Source of the DNA: Octopus sinensis | Taxonomy: Eukaryota | Direction of reading: 5' to 3' | DNA: 64,000 nucleotides | Assembly: GCF_006345805.1 (NCBI RefSeq) | Contig: NC_043013.1 | Span: forward strand, 56,358,001-56,422,000 | Shown: positions 38,211-49,517 of the stretch, piece by piece | Position numbering within the stretch: the stretch's first letter is position 1 | Layout: each line of letters opens with the position of its first letter | Position numbers and translations under genes: made by a program | The notes under the pieces: generated by a model | Seen by the model: only the letters and a program-made list of their open reading frames with translations | Told to the model about the DNA's origin: nothing | Database searches by the model: none

Positions 38211-39187
38211 TTTATTCAAGTGTAAAACACTGAAATTACACCTGGAGCATTTTAGCAAGTTTTCAGAAAATGCAAATGAACAACAGCAGCGTTTCTGTGT
38301 TAATGAAGTTGATTGACCTGAAATACTGAACTTCTAATATCCACAACTATTAATGTTTAAAGAATACGTCCAGTGGCAACTGTAAATTCTTTGAATACAA
38401 TGGTGGTGAATGCCATCAAATTTATTGAAGATTACAGTCTAAGACATAAAAGTTAAGCTCCTGATGTTGTTAATGAAAATAGTATTCAGTGTACATCTTA
38501 CAATGAAAATATTTGTCAAGTGAGGACCAATTCCATGACAGATTGATGGAATCCTGTTACTGGCAGCCAGGTAACCCAACTCTGCTGATGGTCAAGTGGT
38601 CAATGACAAAACTGGCACCTACAGGGTTTACTAAGAGAAGAAGGATTATGGTTACCCAGCAGGATTAAGTAAACAAACATCTGTCAAAGACCAATTGGAT
38701 GAATTTGTGGAGAGTGAAATGACATCTGTATCCTGGGGTAAGGTTAGCATTAGGGTTACCAATTTCAATGAAAGTGCTGAATGCGAATTACACCAAAATT
38801 TAATGTTATAATGGATTCCTCGGGAATGCATAAACCAAACCAAACAGCATGGAGGACAGACAGTATAGGTAAAAATTTCAGGTGTCACAATCCTAGAAAT
38901 TCTATCAGAATGAATTGACAAATTATAATGCAAACATGGGTGCATAAGTTTTGTCCTACATCAGCTTGAAACTATGGTAACAAGCTCAACTGTTTAGCTT
39001 TCAAATTAATCTTATCAAACGTAATTTTTATTTGTTCGCATGGTTTTGAATTAATCCTGCATCACTTCGTAGCTTTGAGATTTTGTTGATGTGATTATTT
39101 ATTTTTAGAATGACATTGTAGGGCAAGTGTGAAAGGCAGGATTTGGCCAGTTTGAACTTAAAGTCAATTGAATATTTTATTCTGATG

Positions 39188-39440
39188 TCATCATCATCAT
39201 CGTTTAACGTCCGCTTTCCATGCTAGCATGGGTTGGGCAGTTCAACTGGGGTCTGGGAAGCCAGAAGGTTGCACCAGGCCCAGTCTGATCTGGCAGTGTT
39301 TCTACAGCTGGATGCCCTTCCTAACGCCAACCACTTCGTGAGTGTAGTGGGTGCTTTTTACATGCCACTGGCACAGGTGCCATACAAGGCTGGCAAACAG
39401 CCATGATCGGATGGTGCTTTTTACGTGCCTCCGGCATGGA
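39188..39440 (-). mobile_element. RTE 3' tail fragment
   Basis: (CAT)n-cgtttaacgtccgctttccatgctagcatggg..tttttacgtgcc; close to the tail at 43090-43273. Confidence 0.9.
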
Positions 39441-40547
39441 GACTGGTTTAAATGCTAAAAGGTCAAAGCAATCATAGCAATATGCAGCTAGCATTCACTC
39501 TTGTTTTAGATACCTGTGTAGTTGCAAATAAACACAAACATTCTGTCATCACTCTCTCACTTGATATATTTGTTAATTAATTCAACAATTAATGTATAAA
39601 TGGTTTGTAGCGCTATTATGATTAACATGTTGAATAATCAATCTGTGAATTATCTTTCAGTAATGTTTATTGATAACACTAAGCATTTCATATATCCATA
39701 ATTCACAATTTCTTGTATGTCTGCTATATGTTTGAATTAAGAAATATTGAAATTGCCAAGAGATGAGAGACAGGACAGCTCATATAAACTTTGAATAAAC
39801 TTAGTCTCTGGTTACAAAAGGAATAATCTCTTAGGGAGAAAGCTGAGGAATGAACATTATCTTATTAAAACTCTGACTAAACATACATAGCCTCCAGCAG
39901 CAATGAGATAATCCATTCAAAGAACCAAATGTTAGCCTCCCAATTCAGGACCTTGAATGCTTTACGAAGCCTTTGGGCATGTAAATTAAACGTTGCTTTA
40001 TGTCTGTCGATGCCCATCTGAAATTCATGTCAAAGATGATGGAATGGAAAAAAATCAAAATAGGTGTTATAACGAAGTTCAAAAATAAAACCAAAGTTAA
40101 TTCTGGTCATTAATTATCAAATACAGTAATTTTAATTGCTTGTGGAAATTATAGCCTCAGCATGAAACTATAATATTCACCAGTGATTTAAACTTTCGAA
40201 TTTGAGCAAGGCTGACTCTTACAACTTGAAATGATTTTACACAAAACTGCAAAACTGCTGAAGACATAGGTTTATGTAATCACACATGCATGCACACTTG
40301 CTCACACAATAATACATGCACACACATACACACAAACACAGACAGTCACACAGATACATGCATACACACAGTATCACTCATGACACATGAATTAATATTC
40401 GTTGTTTCCATTTTATAGAATATCAATGAAGTAAAATTACTTGGATACATACATGCACACACACACAGACACACATTTATATCAAGAGTGGCTTGTTTGC
40501 AATTTACAATTCAGGTGATTGTGGGCATTGGTCAGTATGAATATTAT

Positions 40548-40764
40548 TAGAAATAAGAGTTAAAACGACTGACAGCTACATAAAACATCCTATCTTAAAG
40601 ACTGACAAGAAAGGCAAACTCCCTCAGAGTTAGGCAAGAGTCACTGACAAGCATTAATAAAAATGCAAAATCATTGTGATCTGGCCTAGGCACTGATGGA
40701 ACTCATCTCCCTTGTCAGGCATTAAGTTAGGGTGCTTCTTGTGCTGTTTTAACTCTTATTTCTA
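40548..40764. mobile_element. MITE-like element with 19-bp perfect terminal inverted repeat (TA-ended)
   Basis: TAGAAATAAGAGTTAAAAC (40548-40566) / GTTTTAACTCTTATTTCTA (40746-40764). Confidence 0.6.
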
Positions 40765-40837
40765 GCAATGCTAGTGTGCTGACTAGTGTCTTCAGTCACT
40801 TTAGCGATGAACATATATATATATATGTTAATAGTTA

Positions 40838-41086
40838 TCACCAAGCTAATATGGCAGTCCAGAAATATAGGACAAATGCTGCCATTGATTAGCTCCAAGA
40901 GGCCATCACCTCTAGCTATCTATGTGACACATGAACTTGTGTCCATTATATCCTTCGAACAGGGGAGGTCAGCCACTTCCCCTTGCTGGTCAGGCATCTG
41001 CAGACTAGTTTCAGGGTATTTGCCCTTCATCAATGCAGAGCAGCCGAACCCAGCAGGCATCACTACAGACCGTCTGTTCGAAGGAT
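40838..41086. mobile_element. Fold-back HHR element, copy 2 (one arm truncated)
   Basis: 40841-40962 resembles the arm of the 57515 element; ATCCTTCGAACAG (40950-62) is inverted at 41074-41086; the HHR lies between them. Confidence 0.65.
40997..41039 (-). ncRNA. Minimal type-I hammerhead ribozyme motif (C3U variant)
   Basis: TCTGCA-TTGATGA-AGGG CAAATA CCCT-GAAA-CTAG-TC-TGCAGA. Stem I is 6 bp, stem II 4 bp, stem III is the palindrome ACTAGT, and the cleavage site is GUC. Confidence 0.8.
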
Positions 41087-41214
41087 TATTTACCTAAATT
41101 CAGTGGAATACATCCATTGGTTTTCAAAAGTAGAAATATTAATATTTCTAAGTCTCTCTAAAGGAGACTACGGCAGCGGTACTGAATATTAATATTTATC
41201 GCCATCTTTTTCTA

Positions 41215-41892
41215 GGAGTGGCCCAATCTTGCAGTGCACGGAAGCTGTTTCTTTGGCAAACTTGTAGAAAGCTGTGGGGTTAGATTTTATATTGTCTATA
41301 GCCCAGGTATCTTTGTCTGCTCTCTGCTCTTTCTTTTTCATGGGAGAGTTGCAAACTTTTTTCAATTTCCAACAGTTTTATTTTCAGGTGGGACTTTTCA
41401 CTGCTTTCAATTTGTTTGCTTAGGCAATTTGAAGCTTTTGTACACCGTCTCATAAGAATTTTTCTCTCCCTGGGGATTTTGTTCTTGTGAACATTCTCTC
41501 CTGGACACATTTGTAGCATATGACTTGCATTACAGACATGTATTGTTGAAGTTTCATGTCGATGTCCGGTGAGGAGAGACATTTAGACCAGTTTTGTTTG
41601 AGAATCTCTTTCTCAATTTGTCTCCAGTTTGCCTTATGGAAGTTCAAGCTGGAAAGATTCTGAGGGTTTCTTGTAGGCTGCATGTCCGTGCTCTCTTTTG
41701 GCCCGTACATGGTCAGCTCTACCATGTTGTGATCCGAGAGTAGCATCGGTGTCACTTTCACATTATGGATGAGATCCATATTATTTGTGAAGCAGAGATC
41801 CAGTATGTTACCTGCCCTGGTTGGCTGGTGTACTATTTGTTCCATGTACAAAGTGTTGATGAGGTTCAGGAGGGACTTCACCTGTGCTTGTT
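41215..41892 (-). mobile_element. CR1-group LINE internal fragment (APE endonuclease C-terminus + linker)
   Basis: ORF 41450-42016: QIVHQPTRAGNILDLCFTN..SDH..LNFHKANW; it continues as KIPRERKILMRR in another frame. Confidence 0.85.
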
Positions 41893-41899
41893 CACACCA

Positions 41900-41934
<35 letters not shown>

Positions 41935-41989
41935 CATCATCGTTCAACGTCTGTCTTCCATGTATGTATATATATGTATATATATATAT

Positions 41990-43273
41990 GATGCACCAAG
42001 TGTAAGCTATGGACACATAAGAGGTGCAGCAATGTCAAAGGAAGGCTAACTAGGAAAATAGTTTTTGTATGTGGCAGATGCTCAGGAGTAATAAACACTG
42101 AAAATGCACAGAGACCATCTTCCGCCACATTCAAGGGAGAAAAACTAGAAGTAGTTGATAGGTTCCGTTACCTAGGTGACCAAGTCAGCAGCGGGTGCGG
42201 GTGCGCTGAAAGTGTAACTGCTAGAGTAAGAATAGCCTGGGAAAAGTTCAGAGAGCTCTTACCTCTGCTGGTGACAAAAGGCCTCTCGCTGAGAGTAAAA
42301 GGCAGATTGTATGACGCATGTGTACGAACAGCTATGCTTCATGGCAGTGAAACATGGGCTGTGACTGCTGAGGATATGCGTAAGCTTGCAAGAAATGAAG
42401 CCAGTATGCTCCGATGGATGTGTAATGTCAGTGTTCATACTCGACAGAGTGTAAGTTCTTTGAGAGAAAAGTTATACCTAAGAAGCATCAGTTGTGGTGT
42501 GCAAGAGAGACGTTTGCGCTGGTATGGTCATGTGGCGAGAATGGATGAAGATAGTTGAGTGAAAAAGTGCCACACCCTAGCGGTAGAGGGATCCTGTGGA
42601 AGAGGTAGTCCCAGGAAAACTTGGGATGAGGTGGTGAAGCACAACCTTCGAACTTTAGGTCTCACCGAGGAAATGACTAGAGACCGAGACCTATGCTGTG
42701 CGTGAGAAGACACGGCAGGACAAGTGAGGCCATAATCCCGTGGCCTACACCTGGGATGTAGCCAGCCCACCTATGCATTCCTTTCCTTCTTGGGACACAA
42801 AACTCCACTTGTGAAGACCTGTTGAGGCAAGTGAAGATCAAAATCAAAATCAAAATCGTAATCTATCAACATCAATGGAATTTGTAGCTGTGATACCAGT
42901 GCCGGTGGTATGTAAGAGAACCATCTGAATGTGGCTGTAGCCAGCGCCGCCCAACTGGCCTCCGTGCCGGTGGCACATAAAAAGCACCATCCGACCGTGG
43001 CCGTTGCCAACCTTGTCTGGTCCCCGTGCCGGTGGCACGTAAAAAGCACCATCCGATCGTGGCCGTCTGCCAGTCCCATCTGGCACCTGTGCCGGTGGCA
43101 CATAAAAAGCACCCACTACACTCACGGAGTGGTTGGCGTTAGGAAGGGCATCCAGCTGTAGAAACACTGCCAGATCAGACTGGGCCTGATGCAGCCTTCT
43201 GGCTTCCCAGACCCCAGTTGAACCGTCCAACCCATGCCAGCATGGAAAGCGGACGTTAAATGATGATGATGAT
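41990..43273 (+). mobile_element. RTE LINE, 5'-truncated, complete 3' end
   Basis: CTKCKLWTHKRC..CGRC, LEVVDRFRYLGDQV, SETWAV, RWYGHVARM, 3' UTR and (GAT)n tail; flanked by GTATATATATAT on both sides (possible TSD). Confidence 0.93.
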
Positions 43274-43991
43274 GGTATATATATATCTGTTCTATTTTAT
43301 CAAGACACCATTAATGATCCTTTTTCTTCACCAAATATTTTGTTTTTGTGTTTAAAGATCTCCCATAATTACCATATTTACAAGAAACTTTTAAAACCTA
43401 TACAAGCTGATAAATAAATAAATAAGATAGAGAAACAGAAACCAAACACAAAGCAGGCAACATATCAATTGTAACTCAGAGATCTGATATAAAATATTTT
43501 ATTACTAAGACTTTGGGGGGAAAAACCCAGGTGTTGCTGAATTCATATTCCTTATTGACAATGTTGAAGGAAGCCAATAATTAGATTGAATATTTGAACA
43601 GTTCCCCACCCTCCTCTTCACCCTAATCTCATCTGTTTAATACAAAGGTCAAAATGTGTCATTTCTATTCACATAGTTTACCTTTAGGTAGAAATTATTC
43701 ACTTTAATACATTTCCAAATAGACTTAGCATTGAAATGGAAAAGAAATCAGTTACCAAATCTGATTGCATATGTGTGTGAGTACGTAATTGAGTGTGTGT
43801 GGATATATGTGTGTGTGTGGATGTGTGTGTGGATGTGTGTGTGGATGTGTGTGTGTGTGTCTTTGTTTATAGATACATTCATGTATTTATGCATATATAT
43901 ATTTCTATATAAATGTATGTATGAGTGTGTGTAGGTGTGTATGTATATGTATATATATATGTATATGTATATGTATATATATATGTATATG

Positions 43992-44032
<41 letters not shown>

Positions 44033-45627
44033 ACATCATTATTATCTCGTTTTAGCATGACACACACGCACACACATCTGTTATATGCAATTCAAGCAGT
44101 ATTGACTTAAAAGAACCATCTATACATCATACCTAATCTAAATACACCTTTGAAAGGCAATTTATTATGATATTTGTTCAGAGATAACATCACTTATAGA
44201 CTTGCTTTATTTAAGAACAAAATAAACCAGAGGGAGATGAAAATCGTTCCAACATTGGCTTCTCAATTAGCAGATGCATTTCTGCCTCATGCCCTCTATC
44301 AATGATGTACACTCACATCTAAGGCTTGTCCCCTATATAGAGTTAACTGGGAATAAAATTGCCATTAGTCTTTCAAATAGTTGACCAGCTGAATAAAAAT
44401 CTATTACATCTAATTGAAGCAGTATCAAACTAAAAAAAGCCTTTTACGCATCATACCTAATGCAAATATATCATTGGAAGGCAATTAGCTGTGATATTCA
44501 TCTAGAGAAAACATCTCACAGAGACTGATCCAGTGATTGTTTTATTTCTTCATTCCTCTATATCAACCAAGGCATATCTTGTCTAAGCATGAGGCTGGCT
44601 GTCATTCCATACCATTGATAGAGCTTAAAGAAGCAGAAATGCATCTGGCATTCCCACTAGCCACTGCTTAAAGGATTTTCATCTCACTCTACATACATAC
44701 ACACACATATACATACAGAGAGAAATAGAAGATATGCATGTCACCTCCCACCTTCCTCCCAGACTCATTGATCTTTTCCATTCCTCCCTTTCTACACACG
44801 TCATCATGAAGGGGTCACAGCCCTGAAATATAGAAATATAAACCAAAACTACAACTTTGTTTTGTTTTTTATTTTTATTTGTATGTTCTTTTTTTTATCT
44901 TCTTGCATTGTTGCAACCTTACACAAGAAATCTCTTATTATGGCTGCATCGTTATCTCTGTCGGTTCAACTGATTGTGATTTTTTAATCAAAATAATTAT
45001 AGACCTTGCCTGAACAGTTTTTCTTTATACCAGAATGAACATTTCCAACTTGGATCCAAGTTCTTCATGTTACCAGTTCTTGTACCTTCTCCATTTTTGT
45101 CTTAATCTTTGACATACTGAAGTTCTTATCTGACCACCCAATAGTTGAAGAATATTGGTTAGATGGCTGTGAAAATGTCCTGTTCTCCAAAACATACTAT
45201 GAGTATGTCTCTAAAACTACTAGACAAACTGAAAATAATTACTACTTAATCACTTGATTTCTTGTAATTATTTTAATTAACAAAATACTCCTCCATTCTT
45301 ATAATGGCAAACTGGATTTGACAGACCTGTACTTCCTGATTTCAATTTGAAGTCTGCAGGTTTTTAATCTCTTCGAATCGCTTTGTGTATCCTGTAATAT
45401 ATCAAGGTTTGAATTATTTGTTTTTGAATTCACATTTTCACTTTGAATTTAAGCCTGCAAGATTCTTGTGATAATATTTAGTGTTTCTTCAGCACTCAAT
45501 GCCAAATGCAGCAGAAAATGGTAAGATGAAAACGGTAGACATTTAGAACATCAAACATACTAAATTAACCAGATATATTCAAGAAAAAAAATTCCTTTTC
45601 TAATTTTAGTTGTCATTGTTGTTGCCC

Positions 45628-45659
45628 TTCTCCTCCTCCTCCTCCTCCTCCTTCTCCTC

Positions 45660-45690
<31 letters not shown>

Positions 45691-45714
45691 TTATTATTAT
45701 TATTATTATTATTA

Positions 45715-45752
<38 letters not shown>
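45628..45752. repeat. (CCT)n-(CTT)n-(TAT)n microsatellite
   Basis: Directly visible. Confidence 0.95.
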
Positions 45753-45753
<1 letters not shown>

Positions 45754-46324
45754 GAAGTTAGACTCAAGAATATAAACCTAATCCACTAATCTTCTTAGAG
45801 TAATCCCAATAAAGAAGGAAATCGTTTGTTGTCAGTTCTTAGTGCCATTGTTGTTGTTGTTGTTGTTGTCGTCGTGTGTGTTGCTGTCTTTTCTTTTTTA
45901 ATTTCTAATCTCATCTTTTTCATTTTCTTTTAAATAAATCTTGAACTAGTTTATCTAAATCATATGGAATTGGATTTAAGATTCCATTTTACTCATGGTT
46001 TGATCAATAATGGCCTCAGATTTTTCATTTCCATTCTGCTAATTTGCTTCTTTCTTTTCTTTTTCTCTCTATTATTTAACTTTGGAATTGAAAACTTACT
46101 GCAAAATCAAAATCAAGAGATGTTAAATAAATAAATATAAAATACAATAAGAAAAGTTACAATGAAATTAGCATTGTTATGTAAAGTGTGATAGCTGCAG
46201 TAAGTCTTATGATTCACTTGTGATTTGGTTTTTTCAAGTTAAATGTTAAGTAATTGTGATAATATTATCAGTAACCAGAAAAATTTGTTTCCTATTTACA
46301 TTCCATGGAGATCACTGAACAGCT

Positions 46325-46770
46325 ACGTGTGTGTGTATGGCTAGGCATATAAGTGTTTGTCTATGTATGTATATATGTATGCATGTATGTATGTGTGTAT
46401 GTATGTATGTGTGTATGTATGTATGTATACATCTATGTATGTATGTATGCATGTATGTATGTATGTATGTACGTATGCATGTATGTATGTGTGTATGTAT
46501 GTATGTACGTATGTATGTATGTGTGTATATATGTATGTGTGTGTGTATGAATGTATGTATGTTTGTATGTATGTATGTTTGTATGTATGTATGTATGTAC
46601 GTACGTGTGTATGTATGTATGTATGTATGTGTGTATGTATGTATGTATGTATGTATGTATATATGTAGCATGTATGTTTATATGTGGCTGCATATGTGTA
46701 TGTGTATGCATGTAATATGTAAATATGTATGTGTATACATGCTTCTACGAGTATATATACATACATATAC

Positions 46771-46837
<67 letters not shown>

Positions 46838-46930
46838 TATGTGTGTGTGTGTGTGTGGACATATAAATATGCATATACATGTACATATGTATTAATGTAT
46901 GTATATATGTGAGTGTATATGTATGTATAC
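46325..46930. repeat. (GTAT)n tetranucleotide array plus (TA)n/(AGAT)n
   Basis: Directly visible; source of the YIHT/MYVC ORFs. Confidence 0.96.
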
Positions 46931-47349
46931 ATATATGCACGAATGCATGTTTCTTTTATGTTTATTTCAAATGCATTTTTTTTTGTAGACTTCAAGACAG
47001 TCACTAACAAAGTGACAAGGCTTTTCTGTTTACGTCAAGACAGATCTGTCAGTCTGCCTGACAGTGTGTATTTAGGCATGCATCAATGTATGTGTATGTG
47101 TATGCAGGTAGGAATGTATTTATATATGTGTGTGTGTGTGTGTGTGAATATGTATGAGTGTATGTATAGGTTTAATGTTTCTTAACATCTAAAAACATAA
47201 AGCATTAACTGAAGTAAGGACTCAATACATGGTGTACAGTCAATTGTTTTTACTTATTTTAACAACTGAGTTGATTGGGACTTTGAAATTCCATTAAACA
47301 GGCTTATTGAGCATTAAAAAGAAAATGTGGGTTCTATTTTGTAGTAATA

Positions 47350-47350
47350 T

Positions 47351-47389
<39 letters not shown>

Positions 47390-47520
47390 CACGAGGAGGA
47401 GGAGGAGGAGCAAGAGGAAGAGGAGGAGGAGGAGGAGGAGGAAGAGGAAGAGGAGGAAGAGGAAGGGGAAGAGGAGGAAGAGGAGAAGGAGCAAGAGGAA
47501 GAGGAGGGGGAGGAGGAGGG
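47350..47520. repeat. (CAG)n-(TAG)n-(GAG/AAG)n tract
   Basis: Directly visible. Confidence 0.94.
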
Positions 47521-47659
47521 CAATGATGTGAAAGACAAGAATGAGGAAGAAGTGGGATATAGCTTTTGCTCAGATTCAAGGTTTCGTTGGAATAAAGCTG
47601 CCTTATGTAAAACATCGAATATATTTGACTAAGTGAGGTAAAGTCATTCACAGACATCC

Positions 47660-47945
47660 TCCAGCCTCTCTCACTCTGACATGTGACAAGTTGTCGCCAG
47701 TCTCAGACAATCTACCATAACGCTAATGGCCTCTGCTCCTCAAAGTTGGCTGTTTTCACTCAGGTTCTTCCAGCTCCCTCATATTTTCTCTTCCCATAAC
47801 CAAAACCCCTACAGAACATGCACTAACCTTCCCTCCGCACTCCTTCTTCTCCAGAATGCTGACACAAGAGAACTTCCCTCTGTTTTTGTTTTCACTCCAG
47901 GAGATCAAGTAGAAGATTAACATTAAGAATTTCACCAAGCTTAGA
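47660..47945 (+). mobile_element. Possible CR1-group LINE 3' end
   Basis: Translation ..ELPSVFVF..DQ.. resembles the W NSLP..VFP RT C-terminus; heavily decayed. Confidence 0.35.
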
Positions 47946-48131
47946 AGTCTGCAAAACCCATTAAAACAGACCATTCTTTTAGACTGAGCAAGGAAGAAGT
48001 ACTGACAGATATACTAATTCTTTTTTTGGGGGTTGAAAATCAGGCATTTGAACTCATACAGTTCCCATTCAGTATTATTGGATGGTTGTGCTGTGTTGGT
48101 AATTTAGGTGCAGGCATGGCATATAGGCACT

Positions 48132-48520
48132 GGTGTAGCTATGTGGTTAGATGTTTGCTTCCCAGCCACATGGTTCCAGGTTCAGTCCCACTGCATGGCA
48201 GTTTAGGCAAGTGTCTTCTACTATAGCCTCGGTCTGACCAAGGCCTTGTGAGTGGATTTCAAAGATGGAAACTGAAAGAAGCCTAGCATGTGTGTGTGTG
48301 TGAGTCTTTGTGTCTGTGTTTGTCCCCCACTGCTGCTTGACGACTGGTTTTGGTGTGTTTATGTTCCTATAACTTAGCAGTTCAGCAAAAGAGACTGATA
48401 AAATCAGTGCCAGGCTTTAAAAACGTACATACTGGGGTCAATTTCTTTGATTCAAATTCTTCAAGGTGGCGCTCCAACATGGCCACAGTCTAATGCCTGA
48501 AACAAGTTAAAGATAAAAGA
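48132..48520 (+). mobile_element. SINE family B, full length
   Basis: ggtgtagctatgtggttag..ggttcagtcccactgc..ggcaagtgtcttctactatagcc..catggccacagtc..ctgaaacaag. Confidence 0.9.
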
Positions 48521-49005
48521 CATGGTGTGGGTAAATTAACTCGGATGGTGTTGGGGGTGGGAACAGAGTAACTTACAATATTGGTTTGGTGTAGGATTCT
48601 ATGTTAAGAATGGTATCAGAGTGTGAAGCATGTAGAAGTCTGTTTGACATTAGAGGACTGGAGTTGTCATATGAAAGGTCTTTTATATCTCTATGACTTT
48701 TTCTATTTTTGTTCTTCAGGTTATGTTTATGCGTTTGATTTGTATAAATCTTGTTCTTTAAACTTACTTTTTCAGATGGAATCATTGCAAAATTAACAAT
48801 TGAGACTTCATTTGAATCTAAGGAATTCAATTGCCTCTCGTCGTAGTCGGGTGAGATAAACTACCTGCATCAAGACAGCATATGAAAGAAACACAAGTTA
48901 TACATCAAAGTAATTCAGTTTAAAATTATAAATTTACCACTCTACAGTGTGTTTTGAGTACCCTCTCTTTTGGTGGCAAAATACATCAAATGAATGTGGT
49001 GTATG

Positions 49006-49046
<41 letters not shown>

Positions 49047-49483
49047 TCACTCACACATACACACACATACACACACATTAAATTTTATCTGCTTAATAAT
49101 TTCGTAACATGCATTTAAAAGCCTCTCTGCTGTTATCATCTACAATATGCCATCATAGAGCTGGATAAATGTGGAACACCATTACTGCATAAATTTAAAA
49201 ATAAAAATTTATGTAACAAGATAATGGACAAAAACAGTCTCTAATTTTCAAATTACATTTGTCTCTGTGCAGTGCTTTAGAAACACTCTACCTGATGATG
49301 TGCCAGCACACAGTTGTTGGTGCACTATATTTCTTTATGTAATTATTTATAAAGGAATTTCATGTAATGTGAAACTGGAAACTCGGCAAATTAAAGCTGT
49401 TGTCACTGCACAGAAGCAACTGTTGTTATTTGTAATTAAAGCACATTTATTCCACCTTCACACACATACACACACACACACGC

Positions 49484-49517
<34 letters not shown>

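Noticed and set aside
45000-45520. Several 35-50-codon frames and a donor at 45520
   Set aside because: Interrupted by stops, with no recognisable motif and no consistent exon chain.
46312-46940. Cluster of 60-199-aa ORFs on both strands
   Set aside because: Artefacts of the (GTAT)n array.
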